A DNA stretch of 64,000 nucleotides from Guillardia theta CCMP2712 (lineage: Eukaryota > Protista > Cryptophyta), in contig NW_005434547.1 of the NCBI RefSeq assembly GCF_000315625.1, forward strand, positions 91,239 to 155,238, read 5' to 3'. Below the pieces are notes generated by a model. That model worked only from the letters and a program-made list of their open reading frames with translations, was not told the DNA's origin and made no database searches. The translations under genes and the position numbers were made by a program. This document shows positions 38,030-50,349 of this stretch, piece by piece. How positions within the stretch are numbered: the stretch's first letter is position 1; each line of letters begins with the position of its first letter.

Positions 38030-38457
38030 AGAAACCTCTATCACAACTTCTTCTCTCTCTCTCGTTATGGAGCCAAAAGCTCCATAGGTGTTGAGGAGCT
38101 TCCAAGAGCCGAAGGATGTGTTCATGACTGAACATAGAAGCTAGTGAGAGGAGGAGAACGAGGGCAGAGAGGAAGAGGAAGAGGAAGAGGAAGAGCAAGA
38201 GCAAGAGCAAGAGCAAAACAACGAGCAAGACAAGGAGATACAGCCGAATTACCTTGATTCTTCGAGAGAATGTTCTGAACAACAGGAGCACTGAGATAAA
38301 CAAGAAGCGCGCAGAGGGCAAAGTAAATGCCTGTGAGGTAGTCCTTTTAGATGCAGCATGAACCAAAAGCTTGGCTTGCGAGAACCATAATTACCATCAT
38401 CATCATCATCGCCATCATCATCATCATCATCTCTATCATCATCATCATCGTCGTCAT

Positions 38458-38515
<58 letters not shown>

Positions 38516-40658
38516 GAAGAAGACGAAGAAGCATCATCATCTCAATCATCATCGTCGACATCACTATCTTCATCCGCCAACTTTCATTGCAATTTCATGA
38601 CCTTCTCTTGCAATTGTGAATGGACTCCAGCTTACAACCTGACTGTTCAACATTTGAACCTAAAAATGATTGTCAAATCAATCGATGTCCTCTCATCCTC
38701 CTTTCTTTTCTTCATGCTCCCCATCCGTCGCATCCCTCCACGCCTTCTCCTCCTCCTCATCCTCTTACCTGCGAGATAGTCTCCGCAGAAAACAGAAAGC
38801 TCAAGAAGTTATCATTGAGACACAAGATGGGAGGAATGACTTGAAAACAAAGTCAGATGGGTGAGCAAGAGACATTCTAGCCTCAACAACATCCTCAACT
38901 TCAACGTCGACTTCAACATAATCACCATCAACAATAACAATAACAACTTCAACACTAACTCACGAGTCAGCCAGTTCAAGAAGCTCAGGTTGCCCGACAG
39001 GATAAGAGTAATCTGGAACAAGATCTGCACCATCCCCCCAAACACAACGAGGGCAGTCACAGGGAGCAAGATCAGGAACGGCAGGGGGAGCTCCACAATG
39101 TGATTCATCATAGTCTCAAACTTGTGCCACCACACAGGACTGAAGTGGAGGAAGTAGCTGAAAGGGTTGGGGACTGGTTGCGTCTCGTAGTGGTAGCACA
39201 TTGCCTATTAGAACGTCAGGTAGTGACGTCGACAGCAGCAGCAAGGCGAGGTTTTGGAGGAGAAGGAGAAGGAGAAGGAGAAGGAGAAGGAGAAGGAGAA
39301 GCAGAAGCAGAAGCAGAAGCAGAAGCAGAAGCAGAAGCAGAAGGAGCAGCAGGAACAGAAGCAGAAGCAGGAACAGAAAAGGAGGAGTATGAACTGAATG
39401 GTCTAGGTTGTTGATGGTTGTCTATGAATTTTCAACACCTCTTGCCTCTTCTTATCTCAACCTTCTTAGCTCAACCTCATCCCCTCCTTCCCCGCACCCT
39501 TCACACGTCATCGAACCCCTCCTCTATCCTTCAAATCCCTGCCTCTGCGCTATCCCGCAGGTCATCCCTGACACCTCCACTCCACTGCCTGCGCTCCTGC
39601 CCCCTCCCTCTTCCTCTCACCGTCAAGTCCCTCCAGCAGGAGTCCCCCCTGATCTTGATCATACCAGCTCCCAGCATGATCCGCCACGTCAGCCACCGCA
39701 TCGCCCACACGCACACCCATGGCGTCGGGCAGCCAGGAGGTAGAGCTGACCAGCAGAGCAAGGGAGACATGAAAATAGAGATGAAGCCGGTCTCTAGCAG
39801 CTGAGACTCCCAACCGAAGCTGTACCACCGCTGTCCTACCGTGTTGATCGAGTGGTACATGGTCCACAGCAGCAGCTGAACCAGCACGTTGCTCCCTCCA
39901 ACCACCATGACCGCAAGCGACAGGCACATCCCCGTCGCTGCCATACCGGACATCCAGCGATCCACTTGGTCCGGTTTGGCGAGCCAGAGGAGGGTGGGGT
40001 ACTCGTTAAGCATGTTCCAGGTACATCCCTGCTCCGGCCAGTCGTTCATCCTCCTGACCCTCTTCAAGTATAAGTCGACAGGAAGCAGCCCGTTGCTTCC
40101 TAACAGCCCGCTGTTCTGAAACAAGGCCACAGCAAAGGCAACCAAGTAGACGAGGCCCAGCATGCGGAAGAAGACGATCCTGCTCAGCCAGAAGGACTGG
40201 GATAGGGTGGCAGCCTGCCCCCACAGCAGAGGGAGGGAGAAGGAGAACAGAACGACGCTGAGCAAGGCGATCAAGACTGCGGTATTGAAGTCAACGTCCA
40301 CTCCGATCTGCGGTCGCCCCCTCCTGCTGTATTTGGCTTCGTTCCCTTCCTTTGTGAACACACTGGAGAAGATCCTCCCTCCTCCTCTAAGCAGCTTCAA
40401 GGGATTCCACGACATCGTGACCTCCTGCCTACCCCGTCGGGATGACGCGAATTTCATTCGCTTCCTCGCTGCCTCCTCACTATCATGCTCAGGAGAGCTC
40501 GACCCTCGCTTCCGAGCAAAGCCTCCCCCCACGTCAATGAAGCCACATCCTCCTGACTTGCCTCTGCGCAACCAGCCATGCTGAGCCGGGTACAGACTGC
40601 TGCCTATGTCCGGAAGCCAGCCAAGCCAACAGCAGAGGAGTAGGATTGAAGGCCTCAT
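35600..40658 (-). CDS. lipase maturation factor (LMF1/2 family), multi-exon; 3' end approximate
   Basis: GLLGSNGLLP, WYSFGWESQLLETGF, RIMLGAGMIKIRGDSCWRDLT, YHYETQPVPNP, LILSGNLSFLNWLT, NTYGAFGSIT, EYLFKVKP, WWIRKRI. Confidence 0.92.
36576..36766. repeat. (GGAGA)n microsatellite, intronic
   Basis: Near-perfect pentamer array. Confidence 0.95.
37935..38029. repeat. (GAGCAG)n microsatellite, intronic
   Basis: Perfect hexamer array. Confidence 0.95.
38395..38513. repeat. compound (CAT)n(CAG)n microsatellite, intronic
   Basis: Adjacent trinucleotide arrays. Confidence 0.9.
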
Positions 40659-40857
40659 GCCTTCCACAGGCTACAGTCAGACTGTCCCAGACCCTCTCTC
40701 CTTTCTCCCCGTTACGAATAGACAACCATGCGGCGGCACGAATGCTGCACCAACATTCAGAACATTGTATTTGCGTGTCTTTGCAGTCAACTTTCCTTCT
40801 TGAGTCCTTCTGTACCCTTCTGAAATAATCCTTTCTATTCACCATCCTTCCTATGAC

Positions 40858-41127
40858 NNNNNNNNNNNNNNNNNNNNNNNNNNNNNNNNNNNNNNNNNNN
40901 NNNNNNNNNNNNNNNNNNNNNNNNNNNNNNNNNNNNNNNNNNNNNNNNNNNNNNNNNTCCCCTCCCTCCCTCCCTCCCTCCCCTCCCTCCCTCCCTCCCT
41001 CCCTCCCTCCCTCCCTCCCTCCCTCCCTCCCTCCCTCCCTCCCTCCCTCCCTCCCTCCCTCCCTCCCTCCCTCCTCCTCCTCCTCCTCCTCCTCCTCCTC
41101 CCTCCCTCCCTCCCTCCCTCCCTCCCC
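40858..41127. repeat. assembly gap (40858-40957) followed by a (CCCT)n tract
   Basis: 100 N then CCCT/CCT repeats. Confidence 0.95.
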
Positions 41128-41304
41128 TCCATAGAACCAAAAATCAGTTTCGATCGATCCGCCCCAAAAGGGTCTGAGATGGGATGAGGTATCTATTCAT
41201 CGGACTACTTTATTGCTCTAGATCTGTGCATCTGTCACAGATCTAGAGCAATATCCGAATCTGTTCTACTTCTAGGATGATCTATTTTCGGGCGGTGCTC
41301 GAGG

Positions 41305-43858
41305 ATGCGGCGAGCGGCTTCGGGGGCAGCGGCCATGGCGCTGCTGCTCACAATCGCGTTGCTCATGCAGGAAGGGCGACGAGAGGAAGAAGAGCAAGTG
41401 CCGGAAGACGTGGGACAGGTGAAGATACAGCATGAATCTCTCGATCGTGGGGAGAAGGAGCTGAAATGGCCGAAATGGAGACAAAGTTTTTCATGGCCGG
41501 GGAGGAAGGGAGTGGAGGAGCTTCAGGAAGATGAGAAGGGAGGAGGAGGGAAGTACTCGAGAACTCAGTTGCTGCTCTCGGATGACAGGAAAGCGCTCGC
41601 TCTCTCCCGCCTTGCGAGGAAGAACATGCAAGACTTGATGAGAGAGCACATGGATGGAAAAGCTGCCATTGAGGGGAGGCTGCTGAAGGAAGAGGCTTCT
41701 CGACAGATCGACCATGAAGAAGCGCAGGATCTGGAAGCAGAGCGTCTGAGGTCAGCGATCCATGCTTTCGAGCATGGCGTGCCTGCGGACATCGCGCGCA
41801 AGTTCTCCAGGGTCCGCTCCGAGCTCAAGTCGTCGGCGCAGGGTGTCGGCAGGTATGCAGCATCGTCCTTGAAGAGTGCGCAGAGGGACTTCGAGAGTGC
41901 GCTGAAGGGATCCATGGCGAGGGGGAGGCAGACGCTCCAGTCCTCTGCTTCCTACAACCGCGATCGGTATCCCTCCGGCTACATCGACTGGCAAGCCCGT
42001 TATGAGAGGTGCTGGCCGCATTGTGCGCCTGAAGACAATGTGTACGATCACATCAGGACATGGAAGTATCCGTATGATGAGCGGCATGGTGGGCACGAGT
42101 GGAAGACATGGAGGATCAAGCCGAGTGGGGTGGATCGGGCGTACCAGAAGGCGGAGCAGAGCGGGAGGAGGGAGCATAGGAGCAAAACGCCCTTGTATCC
42201 TCGCATGAAGGCGAGCGCTGGTTTCGATATGAATGTGTACTGGACGCAAAGTCAGGTTGACCTCCAGTCGGCCGTGAGTGTGGCGGCAGGAAAGAGCAAC
42301 GTGTCCTTGTACACAGCACATGTTGACCTCGCTGATCAGCAGCCTTTGCTCAATTCTGTGAGCGAGAGCACCAATGGCCTTGTTGTCTGGAGTGGATTTA
42401 TCTTTGTCAATGCTGGTGGGGAGTACACCTTCACTCTGAACGCAGACAGCGACTCTGCAATCTGGATAGACCATCAACAAGTGACAGCAACAGATGGCGG
42501 TAAAGGCACCGCGACGACATTTCTCCTTCCCGGCTTTCACTTCTTCAAAGCAATATTCTGCAAAGTCTCAGACCGTCACGTCATGACTGTGAGGTCTTTC
42601 GGCCCGGACACCGGCGGCGTGGAGAAACTCGTGGAGGGTTTTCACGACTTCAACCAACTTCCAAGCCCACAGGTAAGAACCTACGTACACTGCCTGCCCT
42701 TACTCCCCCTTCTCTGTGTACCTCACATGCAGAAGCAGAGCCTCGAAGGCGGAATTGTTTGACATGACTGTGACAGGAGCCACACGAGAGTCCGGCATCG
42801 TCACAGGCGTCCGCCCCCCATCAAGATCCCGACGCCCCGGCAAGCTCCCACTCGTCGTTCCATCACGTCGAACCTGAAAAGAACGTTTGGGATCATATCA
42901 CCGACCAGTTTGACTCGCCATCGAGCGGGCGCCGCTGGTCTGATCCTGCAAGTGATCCTCAAGGATACTACGACAATGTCCTTGGGGATGGCAACGATGG
43001 CGACTTTGTCCCCCTCTTCCAGGAAGTTCCATCCCCTGATCCCACCGCTCCTCCTCTGGACCCTCCTACTCCTCCACCGCAGGATCCTCCTTCTCCTTCT
43101 CCGCAGGAAGAGCCTCTTCCTGCTCCAGAGAACTCCCCTGCTACCTCACAGGATCCTGACGCCGACGAAGCATCAGAGTCGGTCGCAGGAGGCAGCAGCT
43201 CCAGGCTGAAGATGAAGGGGAAACTTGAGATCCTCCATCAGCTCGCTAGCAGGAAGGCCGCGGCATCTTTGAAGATACCCATGGTCCGAACAAGCCCGGA
43301 GGCTCCGGTTGCCAAGAAGTCCAGCAGGAGCTCAGCTCTGAATCAGCCACATCATCAGGCCGTGGGACGGAAGGGCATGAAACAGACTTCGAAGCTGATA
43401 GCTGTTGGAGGATGGGACGCACAAAGTGGTGAGATCTGAGGAGAGCAGGAGGAGAGAGAGGAGAAGGAGGAGGGGCAGGGGCAGGGAGCAGGAGGAGAGA
43501 GAGGAGAAGGAGGAGGGGCAGGGGCAGGGAGCAGGAGGAGAGAGAGGAGCAGGGCAGTTGCTGACGACGAAACTGCAGGCCAGGTTCAGCAGGAGAACAT
43601 CAAGCAGATGAAAGTTGTCGGGTAAGACGTCTTCGTTTCTTGCTTCCAGGGCTCGTTACTCACTTGCTCTCCCTCCTCCTTCCGTCCTTGCAGATTTTTC
43701 GCACAACAGGCCGCAAGCTCGTTGACGGGACAGCCACCTGTCGCTGTGGTAGGCAGACTGCCTGATTGAGCTAGCGAGTGACGTTTGCGCAGTCTCGGGT
43801 CGACCAGCGGTCCTTTATCCTCGGAGTCACAGCTCCTGACAAGTCGTCAACCCTGTAG
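41305..43858 (+). CDS. secreted or N-anchored PA14-domain protein with Pro-rich C-terminal region, multi-exon
   Basis: Hydrophobic N-terminus. VVWSGFIFVNAGGEYTFTLNADSDSAIWIDHQQV...LLPGFHFFK is PA14-like. Further exons continue to ~43858. Confidence 0.7.
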
Positions 43859-44221
43859 AGGTGCCAAGGAGGACGCGATGTGGAGAAAGAGGAACGATGT
43901 GCGATTGTCCAGGTGCTAAGCAGACCTACGACAAGGGACTTTCTTATTGTTTGCTGTAAATATTATTCTTTGAAATTATGTAAATCCTTCAAACGTGATA
44001 TGAGATGGTCTCTGCAAGAGATAATGTTTTGACGTCATGTGTTTACTTCTTGATTTGTTAAGTGTCCGAAGGAAAAGTGAAGTGGCTTGAGGACAGGGCT
44101 GGCAACCTGAAGCTATCGATTTGACTGTTTGGTACATAGTTCATTCTATACAACAAAAACCTTAAAGAGGGATGGGTTAGTATGTCAGTATTGATCTCTT
44201 CCGCAAGTTCGCAGAAGCTGG

Positions 44222-45560
44222 TTAGTTGAGGCTTGCAATGCCCCTCAGGAGGAGGACTTCATACGTGTTCCCGGTGTTCTTAGATTTGAACTCCAGCTCT
44301 ACCTTTTTCACAGACAAGATGTAAACCCCTCACTCTGACAACAATCCCAGCAGCATTACCTTGGATCCAGTCGGTCCAAGGAGAACTTCTGCTAATTCAG
44401 CGAGCTTCTTTCCGTACACGTTCTCGCCATCGACCTTGAGTATAATGTCTCCCACCTACAACATCTTTGAGTTGAAGCGCATGCATCCACCGCAACTGCA
44501 GAAGTTGCTAACGGCAGCCAGCCACCTGAATCTTGCCGCACTTGTGCGCTGGTGAGCTCGTCAGCAACGACTTGACTTGGAGGGCCCCCGGATCAGTCGA
44601 GCACTTCTGAAAGTACGCCCCGATGCCAACCCTGTCTGCTGTAGCAGTTGTTTCCTGCGGGATGAATCGGTCATACAACAACCCTGCTCTCGCTCCTTCC
44701 TCACATGGGGACTAGTGAAGCTCACAATCTCTCCTTCCTAGCAGACTAGATCAGACAGAGGTCAGTGAAAGGAGACACGTCGAGACCTTTCGAGGGACTC
44801 GAGAGATCTGTCTCTCAGTCTGCTGCTTGACATCGTTTCTCTTGGCGCAACAGCTCTGTTCAGCTCCCATTTCTCCTGTACACCATCAGAAATCGAATGA
44901 GCATGATTCCTGACAGAGGCGAGGGGAAACTATTCTAAAGCATGATGTGCGCAGAATACTTTCACCAGCCAAGTAGTGAAAAACTGTTAGGACGAATTGG
45001 ATCCAACACCACATTTTGACACCATCCATCTCGCCTATCTAGAATTCTATTGCCTCTGTTCAATTTATCCTAACTCCTGTATTTCATCCTCTCCTAGCTG
45101 CATAAGATGATCATCGTCTTCGAAACTGCAGATATTCGTTCACAGTGGTAGCTCGTGTCCTACGAGACTCTCCTAAACAAGTTCACAACCTAGAAAATTC
45201 TCATCTCAGTCTGGTTTGTTGCGCTCATCTTTACACGTTTATATCTTGGATTTCAGGAGCCACACAAAGACGATAGCCGGGGAGCTTTCTAGCTTGTCTG
45301 GCACCATTTGGCTCCTGACAGTTTTTGTTCCAACAACCTTTTCCTGTCCCATGTGACAATATTACAAGCAATGAGGTATGATCTGCTTGACAACCAGCAC
45401 AAAGATTGACCATCCTTGTTCTGCAAGCACGTCTATATCCTGCTCCCAATCCATAACATTGACGTTGTCACTCTGTGCCTCTTCCTCGAATGCACCGAGT
45501 CTCTTTGCCTTGTCTCTGTTGCCAAGTTCAGCTAGCCTCCATCACCATCTTCTGCTGATC
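44222..45560 (-). CDS. PDZ-domain protein, multi-exon; 5' end uncertain
   Basis: Spliced minus-strand exons read VGIGAYF...VKSLLTSSPAHKCGKIQ|VGDIILKVDGENVYGKKLAELAEVLLGPTGSK|VELEF, a PDZ pattern. Stop at 44222-44224. Confidence 0.75.
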
Positions 45561-46809
45561 AACTTTCACGAGGAATGCCTTGTATCTTCTATCCTGTACG
45601 GCATTCCTCGTTTCTCATCTTCCTTCCTCTACTCTTGCATGGCTCTTCGCTATGGTTGCATTTTCCGGGCCTTCATCGCCACAAATCAAATATCGACCCT
45701 ACCTCCCTGCAAACCCTACCCCACTCCTCCTACCGTAGTACCCCATTTTGATATCGTTATCACCCCTGTGTTCTCTATCCCCTTCCCTTGTATTTCACCA
45801 CCCCCTCCCTGCAAAATAACCCCCACCCCTCCCAGTACTAAGTTTGAAACTTGTTACACCCGACCGGCGGACCGGGTGCCCGCGGCAGTGCCAGGAATCG
45901 GAGGGGACCTATCCTCGGACCCCCTCTTCTGACCGTGCCTACCCTCTAGGCTTACCACCTCTGGGCCGGGGGCTTCGCGCCACTAGAACTGATCGGACCC
46001 ACCCCTTTGCAAGTAATCATGGCAAGTTCGATGAAGTACCCCCTCCCCCCGGTAGGCTTGGCCGGTCGGTCACGGTGCCAGTTGGCAGCGGCGGCCGCGC
46101 GTTGAAACGGCCGGCACTTCCGTCCGATCCGGGGCCGCGCCCCCCGAGCCCGGCCGGCCCGGATCGCCGGATCGCCGTGACACTCGGCCCGGAGGCTCAG
46201 TGCCGACCGGGGGGGGGCGCCGGGCCGTCGGCACTGAGTCACGGTCACCGATCCGAGGCGGGCGGTTCGCCGTGACGGTCACCGTACGCCCCGGGTCACG
46301 GTACACCGAGTGTCACCCGGTGACCGGCGCCTGCTGGCACCGTGACCCCGGCCGGGCGTCCCGGGCCCGGCCGGAGTCACCGACTCGAGTCCTCGGATCC
46401 GACGGTCACCACGCCGGTACGCGGCCCGGCCTTCAAGTACTGCGCAACTTGATGAATCAGAGTCTTACAGAGCGTTCAGTGTCGAGAGTTCCAAGGCAGG
46501 CCTCACCGTCGGCTAGTCCTGGCACAGTACGGTACGGTATGTGTGTTTAGCCTGAGAATCCGATCCATTACACTCATGACAAAAAGAGAGTTTCTTTCCA
46601 TGCAATCGTATGCTTCATTTTCATTTGTGTTATGCCAAGAAGTTCTGATCAGCTCGCTGTCATCTATCATCTGCAACTTTCATATCACCATAGTTTATTA
46701 AAATCAAAACCAGCACTCAAAGCACAAACAAAACAACCCAGCATAATCAAATTGCAGTGCGGCAAAAGAACAAAACAATGAAACCTACAAACAAAGACTG
46801 ACAAAGACT

Positions 46810-47283
46810 TCATGCAGGACTACGACCGGTGCAAGCTGACTGCTCCACATGGTCCAGCGCCTCGTTTAAAAGGTCTGCATCTAAGCCAATTCTCCATTGC
46901 AGAAAAAACTGCTGCTGCTTCCCCTCTCCAATCAAGCCAACGAGTGCCTGGTTTCTTTGTTCAATAGCCATGAGGTCTTGCCTTCCAGACATGCTATCAC
47001 TATCATCATGGTGATCTATCTTCATCAAATCACTGCAATCATATTTGCTCCAGCTGCGAATCCGACAATATGGCCATTTGTCGAACCCCAGTCGGCGGCA
47101 AGCTTTCTTGAGGGCTGTCAACGAGATACCCAACTTGGTTGCGGCATCTACCTGCTTGAGTTGCTGAAGCTGCATGATGTCCTCTCTCTTGATCTCCACT
47201 GTTGGGTTGGGCTTTCCGTTGTTTCGTCTCGTGGATATGGTAATGCTATTCGGCCTTGGAACGGCACTTGCTACTTTCGTCAT
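46810..47283 (-). CDS. RWP-RK domain transcription factor
   Basis: IKREDIMQLQQLKQVDAATKLGISLTALKKACRRLGFDKWPYCR matches the RWP-RK domain consensus. Confidence 0.88.
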   Translation of the reverse strand: MTKVASAVPRPNSITISTRRNNGKPNPTVEIKREDIMQLQQLKQVDAATKLGISLTALKKACRRLGFDKWPYCRIRSWSKYDCSDLMKIDHHDDSDSMSGRQDLMAIEQRNQALVGLIGEGKQQQFFLQWRIGLDADLLNEALDHVEQSACTGRSPA

Positions 47284-48279
47284 TCTTCCGGTTTTCGCAC
47301 TATGGCGCAACAGGCAAGAAGCAGAGAGCCCAAGATAGAGACTGATGACACTAGAGACCTTGGTGCACAGAGTGCCAGCTGAATTCGGTCCAACGATCCA
47401 AGTAGCAGAAGAGGATGGGAAGAAATAAAGGAACGATAGCAACAAGTTGGCCACAACAATGGCTGGAAGACACTGTCTGGCGGGGAGGGGAAGAATGGAC
47501 GAGGAGAGAAAGAGGTATGGAGAGGAGTAGATGTGAGAAAGAGGTGGAGCGAACAAGGATCAAAGCTCAGGGCGGAGGAGCGTTGAACAGGTGAAGCAAG
47601 GGGCCACGAGTTGAAAGGGAGCGAAGGACCAAAACAAGCCGAGGAAAGACCCATCGAAAGAGGGGGTGGGGTCATTAAAAGTAGGGTCATTTTAATCTTC
47701 AATGTCTCGAGAGTACGGGTGGTTTCAGATGATTTTACAATAGGGGTGGGGCACTACAACGGGGAATGCGTGACTCCTTCCGTAAACCAGGGGGTTGGGT
47801 GATGCTAGAAGGGAGGTCGTAAGTCATGGAACGATCGCCACCAACTGTTGCGATCTCGGTATCCAAATCCGGAGATGCCAAGAAGATTGGTTTTAGCATT
47901 TCGAAAAGGTCTACTTTCGAAGGACTTGTTGGGGTCGTTTACTCAAATATACAAGTTTGTGACTACTGGTATTCTAATATCCAGGTGAAAGATATGTGAC
48001 AACAGCCTATGGTGGCTACACCACCCTACTGAATAGGCACCGCCCACTACCGTGTTGCACTCAAAGGGTGGGGTAGACACAACCGGACACTCGTCAGGGT
48101 GGGGTGCTGAAGTTGAAGCCTGCAAAATGGAGACGTGACTTCGGTACTCCGAGGGGCTCCAATACACATTTGTACCGAGTTTACCACACAGGATCGGATC
48201 CTTCGTTCTTACTAGTATGTGATATAAACTAGTAGCCGCTCTATTAGTACGGGACCGTGCCAGTAGTACTACGGCGTTC

Positions 48280-49800
48280 TCCCCCTCGAGAGGCCTTGAG
48301 TCAGTCAGCGTTTACACCAATAGTACCAGTAAAGTCAGTACCGTAATTGCCGCCAAGTCCGAGCACTATACTGAACCCGGTACGGTACCCGCTAGCTGAG
48401 CGGCCGGCCAGTGGTCGCCGGGGGGCGCGGCATGATGAGGCCCGGGTCAGGGTACACACTACTGAGGTTGCCGGCCCGGCCGGGCCGGGCCGCCCGGCCG
48501 CCTGGCACCCCGGGCGTGACTCGCCTCACACCGGGTGAGTCACGCGGCCCGGGGGGAGCTTGAGTCATCAGTCAGTGAGGGGCCTCCGGCCGGCTCCCGG
48601 ACTCCGGAGTCCCGGTTCAAACCGTTGGCAAGTTGTTACCGTACAGTGACGGCCATCAACTTGCCCGAGTCAGTGGCTCCGGCGGACTCGAATCCGACTC
48701 GGAGGCTGATCGGAGACTCGGAGACTCGGACGGACGCCGGGTCGGACTCCCCGCCCCCCGGCGGCGCCGGCGGCCGCCGCAAGCCACGGTTTCAAGTTGG
48801 TCACCGGGCCCAAGTTGAATAGGCCACGGTACTACCCGGCGTACTTCCGAAGTTCCCGGAGTCCGGGCCCGGCCGGAGCCGGGCCTGGAGTCGGCCGGCC
48901 CAGCCGCCGGGGCCCCGGGCGGCCGGGCGGGCCGCCGGGCCGGACTCGGACGGTCCGATCCGGGCCGGCGGCCGCGCGCCGGGCGCGGCCCGGCGGCGCC
49001 GCCGCCCGGGCCGGGCCGCCGCCCGAATTTCGGCCGTGGCCCGGGCCAGTCATGAGTGGCACTGCATGATCCGATGATCCGATGATCGGTCGCCGAATCA
49101 GGCGGCGTCACGGTGCTGACGGCCGAGTCCCGGACGGTCCGGCGGACTCGTACAGCCTGGCTTGAAGCCTCAGCAGCGGCACGGTCCGATCCGATCACTA
49201 TCTGTACGCGGCCTGACTCGGTCCGATCACTGAGAGTCACGGTCGGGCTCGGACTCCACCCTCGGAGGCTCGGACCGTGTGAGTCCCGGGCTCCCCGGCC
49301 GGGCGGCCCGTCGGCGGCCCCGGCGCCGGGCGCGCGGCCGGGCCGTGACTCCGGCCCGCCGCTGAGAGGCGCTCGCCGCGGCGGCCGCGCGCCGCGCGGC
49401 CCGCCGGCGAGCGGCGGAGTCACTGTCCGGCGATCCGCGGCGGCCGGGCCGCGGGCGTACTGACACGGCCTGAGCCTCTTGTCCACAATGATGATTCAAT
49501 GACTCCGAGCACCATGCCAGGCCGGCGTTCAACCCGGCGTACGGTAGTACCGGAGATCATCACGGCGAGGTCACCCCGTCACTCGGACTGGCCGCCGCCG
49601 GCGCGCGGGCCGGGGCGCTGCCACGGACGGTCAGACTTCAGTCCCGGGTCCGTCGCCGTGGGCCGCCGCCGCCGCCGGCCGGGCGGCCCCCCCGGGGGCG
49701 GCGGGCCGCTGCCCGGCCACTGAGGATCGGGCAAACAGTCAGTGCGTCCGAGCGAGAACCAAACCTACTATTCTGATCTTTAAAACTTAACTTTGAGTAA
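48280..49800. other. GC-rich palindromic-word island between divergent genes
   Basis: Same vocabulary as 24181-26340, with the 35-bp motif at its right edge. Confidence 0.8.
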
Positions 49801-49855
49801 AGCATCACTATCCTGCCAACTGCTGTCCCCCAAACTTAACTGATACTTTGAGTAA
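49773..49855 (+). repeat. two further variant copies of the 35-bp motif
   Basis: CTGATCTTTAAAACTTAACTTTGAGTAAA (49773-49801) and AACTTAAC[TGATAC]TTTGAGTAA (49833-49855). Confidence 0.8.
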
Positions 49856-50349
49856 TCATTATAATAAACAATGAACCGGATACAAACCTGTGTCCTTTCA
49901 TTGCCGGGTGTTCCCCGACTCTTTCCCACTACCCTCTTCTTGACCTGAAAGTACCCCACTTCTTTCCCTGAAAGTACCCCTCTGCTTCCCCTGAAAGTAC
50001 CCCGCCCTTCTCCGTCTACCCCCACTATGATTGAAGCTTGCAGCAGTACGTAAGATGCCTGCTTTGTAAACGGGCGACCCCTTGGAGCCCTACGAAGAAG
50101 GCGAAGGGGACAAGGAGAAAGGTGTAAGAGGGAGGGCTGCTCAGCTGGTATCATCGGCTAAGAGGACAGAAGACAAGCTCCTTGCTCTGGAAGAGAGTTG
50201 CTCTAGGAGAAGCAGCTGTCACAAGGGAAGAGCAGCGTGAGGGACTGTTGAAGAGGCTGGAAGGGCTTGCACGGCACTGTGCGTGAGGGTGATTGAGAAC
50301 AGGAGACAGGAAAGAACGAAACAAACATCACAAACACGAGCATACATTA

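Noticed and set aside
35464-38366. Long ORFs of 200-440 aa with LLSSP/poly-L runs (also 56983-58029, 59818-60805)
   Set aside because: Translations of microsatellite introns and N gaps. Only short embedded exons are real.
1322-49855. 35-bp motif as a CRISPR repeat
   Set aside because: Copies are dispersed over kilobases in both orientations, with no regular spacers and no cas genes, in a eukaryotic context.
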